A stretch of 61,663 bases of DNA, counting the filler, from Choristocarpus tenellus KU-1152 (taxonomy: Eukaryota; Protista; Phaeophyceae): NCBI GenBank assembly GCA_964200185.2. It is 6 parts of 6 records of this genome, joined end to end, with 100 filler letters (N's around TTAATTAATTAA, not from the genome) between each part and the next. Parts side by side here need not be neighbours in the genome. Positions count along the whole stretch, not along the records: positions 45,628 to 55,517 come from CAXNAD020003304.1; positions 55,618 to 58,665 come from CAXNAD020022702.1; positions 58,766 to 61,663 come from CAXNAD020023810.1; 3 more parts are not named here. The stretch is one strand, 5' to 3'. Shown here one piece after another: positions 52,132 through 61,663 of this stretch. The notes under the pieces were generated by a model that worked only from the letters and a program-made list of their open reading frames with translations, was not told the DNA's origin and ran no database searches. Both the position numbers and the translations under genes were made by a program. Numbering within the stretch: position 1 is the first letter of the stretch; each line of letters begins with the position of its first letter.

Positions 52132-53898
52132 TCAAGATGTTGGTAACAGCTTGTTAAACTTGCCAATGTAGTACTTTTTCCCCTGGTTTGCCAGAGCAGA
52201 TCGGTAGCTATTCACCTGGCATTTCTGCAGGGTAGCAGCAAGGGATAGACACGGGTGGAGGATATTGCAATTGTTGCATATTAAGGTGAAGTTGCACCAC
52301 CACACCTTGGTTCTTTTAGTATTGCAAACGGAATACCTATACTATTACACGCCTCTAAACTAGTTTTTTTGTTATTATAAACAAAAAGAGCTGTTCAATA
52401 AAAGATCTGATGAGAAAAAAAAATATTGTAGCATGTCCAAAACTGCAATACAGACCTAGATGTTTCGTAACATTTGTTTCACACGTCCTGAGTACAAATG
52501 CTGGTCAGTAAAAACTTGCCAAAGAACTCAAAGGCAACAAAATCATTTCAACAAGGTAAGCTTACACCAGCATCATAGGAACATTGACCAAGGAGGTTCA
52601 ACCTAAATAGAAACAGAAATAATAAAATAAATAATCTTGGCAAAGTGTTAGCCTAAAGCAATAGATCACGTCTTTCCATCTAACCCACTTTGCAAAGATC
52701 AAGTGTGAACATGAACGATAATCTCATCTTCACGAATGCTCTATTGTCGAATGATTTGTGGCATTTAACCTGAAATCAGAACTGTAGTGATGAGAATGGA
52801 AAATCGAATTTCAAGCTCTGCAACAAGTTACTGGGTCTTGCGTAAGGAGATAAGATTTGGAGTGGATAGGAACACCCATAGGGATTGAAAAACGATGAGG
52901 TTCTATTTCTGCTCCCAACTATACAAGAAGATAGAAAGGGGTCAAGGAAAGGTAAAGATAACCTTACATTCCATTCCAGGTTGTTTGGAGGCAGTGTAAG
53001 CTTGTATTCATCCAGTTGCTCGCCCAATCGGAACAGGTTACTATTGCAATCCAGCTTCACTCCTGTATCTACCACTACCGTTGGTCCTGGGAGTGACCGC
53101 CAGAGGCAGAAATGCACGTGTTATATTTTATGGAGTTAAGCCCAGAGGCTTCGCCTCAAATTTCAAGCAGACCAGTGAGTCCGAATAAATGGAGTATGTC
53201 GAGCATTCGATAATAGTGTTGGAGTGCACGAGCTTATCGGTGTAGAACAGAGGGGGTTAATAGAAAATCACACCAACGAACGGCTTGACCTTCTCACAAT
53301 GATAATATTTCACTTTTCCCTTCAACAGCACTACGGCTGGAGATGGTGCTAGAAGGTTATAGATGGGTTTGCACACTATTTTTCAATACAGGAGTGGGCA
53401 GGGCTATCATTATTGCGAACTAACGTATACTTTGCTCCGCTCTCTCACCTATTGAGCATCCATCGCAGACCTCGACATCTTTACCCACATGGCACTTTGC
53501 CTGGAACGTATTGTATGAACCGATCTGTTCACCCGAGGTTGCAAGAGGTTAGGTGTTGTTCTTTGGTGTATAGGAAAGGGACTGTAGTCAACTCAAGGCA
53601 AAGTCTGAATGGAATTCAAGAAAATAGCAAACGAAGAAATCACCTTTTTGCAGCTCACAGTACATCCAACCTCGAACAGGTTTCCCTCCCCAATGGACAC
53701 GCCCTCTGGCCCTTCACTCACGATGCTCACCCCCTCTTCCACTACACATCCTGCCCCAATACTAATTGGTCCCGCTCCTGCGTAACACTCGATTCGGCAC
53801 TGGGGGAAGATCACCGTCCCCGAACCTATTGTCACAGATCCTCTGATTGTGGCACCATCACATACCAGAGCACCATCGGAGATATGTGGTGAACCCAT
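52132..53898 (-). CDS. DCTN6: Dynactin subunit 6 (p27); complement(join(52132..52224,52968..53086,53449..53524,53644..53898)), 180 aa
   Basis: Left-handed beta-helix hexapeptides: ALVCDGATIRGSVTIGSGTVIFPQCRI..AGPISIGAGCVVEE..IGEGNLFEVGC..IGSYNTFQAKCHVG..GCSIG; GT-AG introns, phases consistent. Confidence 0.88.
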
Positions 53899-55413
53899 TT
53901 TACAGGAGATCGGCGTAACCCCAGATGTACAACCAAAATAGGGGTTTAGTTGTGAGTAGGAAGGCTTTCATTTTGACTGATTTTTAAAGAGAACCTGAAA
54001 ACTATGAAACAACACGCCAAACAATGTTTTGGTTGTTGTTGATGATTGATCGTTCGTTTGAAAGGAGGAGAGTAAAACTTGGGGTGCTTGATTAGAAGAA
54101 ATAGGTAGTTTTGTATGACATCCCTAAGCCGTTATATGTAAGGTGTAGAGGAAGAAAAAAATATCTTTCAACGTATGGTTGAATCTCCCCCTCTTGAAAA
54201 AATATATAATAATAATAGTATGTATGAGTAGTATGTACAGTAGTATGTACTTGGAATAGGATAGGTTTGGGTTTGCATATTATTGTTGCTATTTCTTGTG
54301 GTCTAATCTCGAGTTAGTTATAGACAACAACAAAGGAATCACTTCTTCTTCTGTTTGAGTTGTTATAGAACAACAGAAGAATATATCTTTCAAATTTTCT
54401 GCAAGTGTTTACTGTTAGAGAGGCTATTTAAATAATGAACTGACTTTTACCTTGACACATCTCCAGAATGTGAAAAAGCATAATAATATATGTAGAAGAA
54501 CGGAGGGTTTTCGCACAACATTGTCGACACAAAAGAGTGTGTGGGGAAGTGAATCTAAACAAGAATAATTCAGGAGTAGTGTATTTTTTTTTAAACAATA
54601 TTGATGACCAAACCAGTCAGTAGTAGTAGTAGTAGTAACACAAATAATCTCGTACAAGACAGTCTTGAGAAGTTTGGGATCATGGTTGGTTGAGGGATTG
54701 AGCATTAGGGAGGTGGAACAAACGTTCATGGATGGGTGGGTAGTATGATTACATGGTACAAGAACAAAGTAGTTCAGAGAAAGAAGATGGGGTAACTGAT
54801 GTAGGTGGTGTTGAAGCAACAGCTAAGGCAGTCCAAACAGATCAGGACACATGCACACTCACCATTGCCTACTGAATGCTGAGCAATAACGTTGTTTTTC
54901 TCATTGTCTCTTTCCTCTGTGTGGTGTATGTGGTGAAAATCGAGTAGTGGTTCGGATTGGATGGACTGGATGCATGTGACAACCACTCATATTTCTGCAT
55001 ATAGGAGAAAGCAATGATGACGATGTGTATGACGACCTGTCCCAGTTATTGGGTGCTCGTGCGTTGTGTCAGGGTTTTCTTGGCTGTTCTTCTTCGAGGT
55101 TCATGTCAAGTATGTACGTTTTTTCTTTTTCTCAAGTATTTTGTCTTAGAGGTTCTCCAACTACTTTTTGACCATGTATGTGTGGGTTTGATACCTGTCC
55201 GACTAAGACGAACAATAATTGTTTCATTAGTTTTTCCCCTCACACATCTGGAAAATATCAGAGGGCACAATAATTAAAAAAATAATGATAATTCCTACCT
55301 ATTTTAATATTCATTAATATTAATGATCAGAATTAAAATGTTGGCAATAAATGTAACAGTAACTATTGTAGATGTGAACTACGATGGCTAGGATTCCTTT
55401 TCCATCTCAATCA

Positions 55414-55517
55414 GGCTCAAAGTATCTGGTGGCGGCTGTCCATTTGGGGTCAATTTTTATAAGTCGCGATTTTTGGGTTACTTGGTTGCATATGTCGGAT
55501 GGATACTGTAAATGCAC
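55414..55517 (+). mobile_element. MITE subfamily B left part (cut by gap); an A-type end lies at 55618..55655
   Basis: GGCTCAAAGTATCTGGTGGCGGCTGTCCATTTGGGG; after the gap CTACCCTCTAAGATACTTTGGCTC. Confidence 0.85.
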
Positions 55518-55717
55518 NNNNNNNNNNNNNNNNNNNNNNNNNNNNNNNNNNNNNNNNNNNNTTAATTAATTAANNNNNNNNNNNNNNNNNNNNNNNNNNN
55601 NNNNNNNNNNNNNNNNNAAATGGACGCGGCTCTACCCTCTAAGATACTTTGGCTCATGACGTGCGCAATAGATAATAATATAAGTAAGAGCACCCCACCA
55701 CCAAGGGCTGTGCTCAC

Positions 55718-56540
55718 TCGCAAAGACTCTATTGGAAGAGTTCTCTTTTGCATAGTTTGGGTTGAATGCATGAGTAGTTCGAAACCGCGAAACTTCTGTC
55801 CTGAGAAGATGAAGACGCCTCCCCCCAGGTTCACACAGTTCCATCTGTAAATCATCATGTCGCATCACATTAGACACCCTAGCTTCGGTGTGCACTACTG
55901 TAGTCCGATCACAAACACACACTTTGCATATATAAATCGCTTTATCTTAGAACCACTATTAAAATCCTTATTCTTGGAATCATGACTAGGGGCCACATTC
56001 AAGAGATCACCTATCAACATGTCAACATGCCTCACTCTCCTCAATAGCACACCTAAGGGATGGCACATTTCACATGCAACAGCTAACTACTCACAAGTCA
56101 CGCTTTAAACCTGTACACAACAAAACAGTAGTACTCGAAAGCACAGAGGTGAGCGTGGAACAAGACGAAATCTCATGAAAAGAACAAGAAGGTATCAAAT
56201 TATATTTCCCTCACTCACCTCTTCTTCCATTTTCCTTACCATGAAACTGTCTGATTGCCCACCACACACAACATTAAACATACAAGCACTTCATCTCTAT
56301 CTCTCTCTCTCTCTCCTCACCTGCACCTCCCCCCAATCTTCCACCTTTGCATTGACTAAGTTAGTCTCTCCCAAGACTCCTTTTGCAGGGTCGCCATGCA
56401 AACCCTTCCCATCAGCACTGTCTTCAACCTCATTCTCAACTTCATGCTTGCTTTCAATTGAGTTGGTAATGGCAGTCTCGAAGGTGTCATGATCAGGGGC
56501 TACACAGAGGTGGTAGGCCATGCTGGTGCCCATGAAGTAG
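55718..56540 (-). CDS. Two-exon fragment of a hypothetical protein; complement(join(55718..55844,56321..56540))
   Basis: TACAG acceptors, GTGAG donors, in frame: YFMGTSMAYHLCVAPD...WGEVQ|MELCEPGGRRLHLLRTEVSRFRTTHAFNPNYAKE. Confidence 0.5.
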
Positions 56541-59500
56541 CTGTAACCACAAGACAGAAAGAGCAAGCGTCTTAAGCCAACATTGAGTTAGATACTTGAA
56601 ACCAACAATGCCATGGAATCAAGGGGGAGGGGAGAATGGAGGACATCGAATGTGACTGACTTGACTGATAATTCAATCATGTATTAGTGGTGAGGATTGA
56701 CAAATAAAACCTTCTGCACAAATTGAACGTTAGCAGCCACATTCTAAGCACCATCTTTCTAACTCAAGGCAACAGAGGGGACACTCACACCCCCCAGGCA
56801 TCCATCCAACAAGGTAATGGTGATGTATATCAGTGAGGTAAAGAGAGGAATGTGCCACTGTGATGGAATGGGATGGACATATCTTTCATGTGCACGTGTG
56901 ACAAAAGAATTGCCAGCAACAAGGCGATTGACCAAAATAAACTCTTTCAGTTGTGGAAGGGGTGCATCATGAACAATTGTAAGCATTGTACTACTAATAA
57001 TAGAACTAGTACGTACTCTGCATGCCTGTCTCTAGTACCACCTACTTCAAAGTACAAGCGTAAGACCCCACTGAGGCATTTCTCAACATACTTTACTTCT
57101 TTTCTATGAAAGTCACAACTCATGCTACACTGATGGAGGAGACTAAAAAGTCACCGTAGTCGCTGCTCCTCTGTCTAACATCTATGCCAACGCCTGCAAA
57201 ACTTTGTCAGGTAGTGTGTCTGTGAAGTCATTAACTGCATCCAGTACTGCAGCTACTACCAGTTCACTCCCAAATCACTGCAACAGTGCGATGAGAATAC
57301 TTCTGAACTTGCGTGGTAGTAGACCCAACATTCCACCAAGCTCATGCATTGGCACCAAGCAACATTCCCCGTGGACAAGCAACAGTGTAAACAGTCCTCC
57401 TTCGTTTTTGTGAGTATGCACTACCAGCCCAGGTAACCTCAAAAGAAAAGTGTTTACATGATGGAAAATTTGCCGCCCGTCCAATGCCCTAAGATTAACA
57501 CAGCTGATTTGGCAGAGTTGATACCGTTAAAATTTAAATGTTAAAACTTTGGGACTGACTGCAATGAGCACACTCCAGACTTCGTGACAAAAAGCACAGC
57601 TCCAAATAGCATCTCTTTCCCCGTTGCCCTCTCACCAAAACGAGACCCAGAAACGCCTTCCAGTGAGGTGGGAGACTATGTTCAGGGCATACAAAGCGTA
57701 CTCATACCAGCGTGTCTCATGAGGTCTGCCAACGAGAGCAGAGGGCAACGGGGTGTGTTAGATATTTTGCAACGAATGGGGTGTTCTGTACTGGCAGGGC
57801 GGTAGGTGGCGGGTGTGATAATAAGACATCTACACCGAAGCAAATATTAAGAGTGTGCCTTGGACTTACAGCAACAATCACTTCCTTTCACTTTGGGGCT
57901 TATCTCTTGTGCTCTGTGGCTGAGATGGGTGCTCAGGGTCGCCACAGAGTTTTGTGGCAAACAAGCCACCGAAGAAAGGGATCACTTCACAAAATCAGGA
58001 CGCTTGCCACGAGTGGGTTTTCTTTTCCTCCGCTATTTTGATCTTCCAAAAAAGGTCTTTTTCTTCTTCTTCTTCTTCTGTCTTGAGTATTTCACCGGCT
58101 CTTTTTCCAAGTGTTAATGTCAATGAACAGGGTTCGTAAGTGAACGCTGTGTCATTCGGGTGAGAGAGAGAAAGAAAAAGAAAAAGAAAAAGAGAGAAGA
58201 AAGCGAGCCACTCGCAATCGCCCCAGATTTTGGAAAAGTTTGTAAATGATTCTTGGCACGAGAAAAGCTGTACCCAAGTTTCTATAGACGGCACTGCACT
58301 TGTAAAGAAAGGGTTGGGGTTACAGGATTTTGGTTGAGGGACAGATTTAGTATGGCCTTGATGGACTATATTTTAGGGTTAGGGAAAAACGGGTACGGAG
58401 CAGGACAAAGAGGATCTTTTGCTGAGGTACTTGAGTTCAATAGTCCATTTTGGTACCGCCTCTTGCTCATCGTGTACCTGAGTTCAATAGACAGTTTTGA
58501 GGAGTCCATTTTGGTCATGTACCTGATGAACCGAACAAACGTAAGACTAAAAAAACACTCACTGCAAAAAAAGCCAGTACAGCATACAACTCAAATGTAG
58601 CCCCCGTAGATGCTCAGACCTATATTTCCAACAACCCCCCACCCCCCCCCCCCCCCCCCCCCCCCNNNNNNNNNNNNNNNNNNNNNNNNNNNNNNNNNNN
58701 NNNNNNNNNTTAATTAATTAANNNNNNNNNNNNNNNNNNNNNNNNNNNNNNNNNNNNNNNNNNNNTGGGTTAGGTGGGAGGTTGCCTGTACCTCTGCAAA
58801 GGTGACGTCTAGCAGAAGACCTTTGTCCCTGTAGGAAGCTGTTCCAGCGTCCGCTAGTGCCCCTGCGTGGAATCAGGGTCACTATTGCAGAGTGAGCTTG
58901 AGGTGCTCAGTGAGGGGACAATGACACTCAATATAATAATGAACAACAATTACAGTCATCTGGTGTCTTATGCATGTAAAAAGATAGAACAGAGATGGCA
59001 ACAACAACAAAATAGAAAGAGGAACACAAGGCAACAGTGGAACGCACTTGATGCAAGTTCCGAAGTAACTTGGATGACGTGTGCTATGATGTTCCTGTGT
59101 GTGATGTGGATCAACTGAATATCAACTGATGCTATGCTTCTATCTACTGTCATTGCTGTGTGATGATGAGTTGGAATGCGCAAAAAATAAATGAACACTA
59201 ACAACCAGTGCAGTGCACCAATCAACAGTACTCATACCGCAGACTACGCTCCATACTCATCGGTGCTTTGCAACACCATGATTCCTCTTCCTTCGTAGTC
59301 TATATATTTTATTATTATGGCCTCTGACATTGTGCAGATGTGTCAGGGGGGAAGCCAATGAAAACTATATATATGTCGCTGTTAGCCCTAAAGAAATAAA
59401 ATATCCCAAACATAAGAACACTATAAAACATTGTGTGGAAGCCACGTCTATATATATGCCTTCCACTTGCTTTTGAGTGGGATGGTGATATATACTCAGC

Positions 59501-60770
59501 ACATGCCGTGCGCTGGAAATCTCCCTAACCATTTTCTCCCCTACTGATGAAGGGAGCAACTTCTGCCATCTCCTGCATTCATTTTCCTGCCATCTGCAGT
59601 CATCTTCCCTTTCAAGGATGAGGATGAAACCACGAACCAACCCTCCATAATGATGCGGGCAGCCAGGCTACAACACCCTCTCTTTGATGAAGGATGAGGA
59701 CAAGATAGTTGTGTTGTTGTGTGTAATACGATCTGCATATTTCCCCTCACATTTTCCCAAGCACTAGAGGACATATTTGCTCTTAGTCCAAGGGCTGGGG
59801 TCTGTTGAGAATGGTATCTCCAGGATAGATCGAGGGTACCAGGGGAATATGGGGTTGATATCTCCTTCTTGGATGGAGGTACAAGTTGGTGGTAAATAAT
59901 TTTTTCCTGGACTGGTGAGCATTCAGGGAGTGGAGACTGGACACTGGAGGTCAACATCCTTCGGCACTGCATCTGGTGGCCGCGCAAACTCATTTGATTT
60001 ATTCACTGTTTTGTTTTACAAGAGTTGTATTGTTTAATACGTTTTTGCCTGGGCCCAGAGTAACTGGGGGGGGGGGAGTCTAACCCAAGGTGTACATAGG
60101 CCTTGACCAGGTGTTGGAAAATGGTCTACTTGCGTGTTTTTCGAGTTGAGGGTTGGTCCTGTTTCGATGAAGTGTGGAATACCCTGTACTTTGGATATGT
60201 CCTTAGCGCTTAGATTTATGTGGACTGTGTTACCATGTTGCAAAAGTTGCCTGTTCGTATTTTTTCGAGTCGAGTTTTTGTGTTGTTTTGATGAGATGTG
60301 GAGTAGGGGTTACTTCTTTTCGGTTTTTCGCCTTGAGATTTGGACTGTGTTATGAATTATGGGAGAGTATGTCAGCTGTAATGGTTGAGCTATCTGTCTG
60401 TCAATGACCTTGGTGTTTCAGCAATCTAAGGGCGTGAAGGAGAACGCTTGTATGTAGTATGCACTAAAACATGCCCATGGATGAAGTATTTTCAGGTAGC
60501 TTCGCGTTTGTATTGAGGAATAGACTGTGTCCCTTATGGAGCGCACAATGTGACATCAATATCCTAAAGTACATTATCTGGGAGAGATGAAAATGCGATC
60601 AGTGTCGAGTGTGTCCGTATAGCATCGAAGGGGTACTGCATTATAAAAGACCACACTACAAACAGGACACGACAATTTCATTGCATTTTAATGTCTACTT
60701 AATTGTGATGTAATAACAACTACTTTTAGAACATACACACACCCAAATCTAATTCCGATGTTGAAGTTGT

Positions 60771-61592
60771 ATGATAATATACCATAGACGGATAGTAGGA
60801 ATCATAAGAAAAAGGTTGAAGAATACATTAATGAAAACATGGGATTATCGAGGAGGGAGGGGAGGGGTTGTGGAGGTGATGAAGGAAGGCGATGACGGTC
60901 CACGAGGCTGGGAGGGGCAAGGAACTAGTAAAAGTGGAGGGTTTAACCCAGCTCCGGGAATAGACGCAAGGGTTTCGATCTCACAGAACGGAGAAGGATG
61001 GACAGCGAACGGAATGGGCTCACATGTGGACGAGGTGGAGGTGATCGAGGATGGGGATGGCGTCCCATGATATAGGAACGGGCTAGGGAGGAACATAAGC
61101 AGAGTACACCACTCCTCTTCAGGAATAGGTGGACAGGTCTCGTCCTTGCAGGATGATGAAGCCCGAACGGTTAAACGAAGGAGCACACAGGGGGATGGGG
61201 CTAGAGAGGCGGTAGTGGCACACGACGATGGTCGCAGGGAGAGGGGACCGCCCCTACATGGCTACAATGAGGAGGAGGCAGGAGAGACGGTGATAAGGGG
61301 TATTACTGGGATTCGACGGCCAGCCTTCCCCACCAGGGATCCTAACCCACGACCACTCCAACAACCACATCAGCTCACAACGGAATACTGTGCAACCTGT
61401 TTTTCCGAAATACAACAGCCAGTACTCCCTTTCTCCTGTGCACACTCGCTTGATCTGGGCTGTGCCTCGGCTCTGTACCTCCATACCAGGCCCTTGCATC
61501 CCTTCCCATGCCCCACCTGCCGCACCCCTGCCAGCCCAGAACACTACTACACTGCTATGGAGACGAGTGTGGGAACTGAAGCCGTGCTGTAA
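60771..61592 (+). pseudogene. Intronless ORF with C-terminal RING finger, interrupted by one in-frame TGA (61068-61070)
   Basis: ORFs 60771..61070 and 61146..61592 are in the same frame with open sequence between them; CATC-x11-CAHSLDLGC-x15-CPTC. Confidence 0.6.
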
Positions 61593-61635
61593 TCCATCCG
61601 CTCACGATCGTCTTTAACCCCTTTTGCCATCTTAT

Positions 61636-61663
61636 GGCTCAAAGTATCTGGGAGGGGGTGGCG
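61636..61663 (+). mobile_element. MITE subfamily B left end (window edge)
   Basis: GGCTCAAAGTATCTGGGAGGGGGTGGCG. Confidence 0.8.

Noticed and set aside
54850-54994. Candidate minus-strand terminal exon KYEWLSHASSPSNPNHYSIF
   Set aside because: Frame is ambiguous and it is isolated from upstream exons by a contig linker.
56760-57570. Possible second LINE endonuclease relic on the minus strand
   Set aside because: Only vague motif resemblance; too degraded to call.

Overview
Eukaryotic nuclear DNA from a photosynthetic stramenopile, most likely a brown alga (inferred from spliceosomal introns, a signal-peptide+F plastid presequence, TTAGGG units and brown-algal-type gene families). The window is six contigs joined by artificial N44-TTAATTAATTAA-N44 linkers, so adjacency across linkers is unproven. 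Manual splicing recovers: the 3' part of a SPEF2/CPC1-like flagellar gene, an intronless FNIP-repeat gene, a 4-exon DUF4097/FAM185A-like gene, an intronless POLR1D-isoform-2-like basic protein, the C-lobe and tail of a CAMK/SNF1-type kinase, a tandem discoidin/CBM32-like domain gene, a 6-exon thylakoid-lumen pentapeptide-repeat protein, dynactin p27 (DCTN6), and a stop-interrupted RING ORF. Mobile DNA includes a full-length decayed plant-type (DD39D-like) mariner with TIRs and a LINE endonuclease relic. The most notable feature is a dense (~17 copies) three-subfamily MITE system sharing one terminal motif and making mixed 3-bp and 4-bp target-site duplications, which I cannot assign to a standard superfamily. 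Three of roughly 26 introns appear to use GC donors. All family assignments are from recalled motifs, not database searches.
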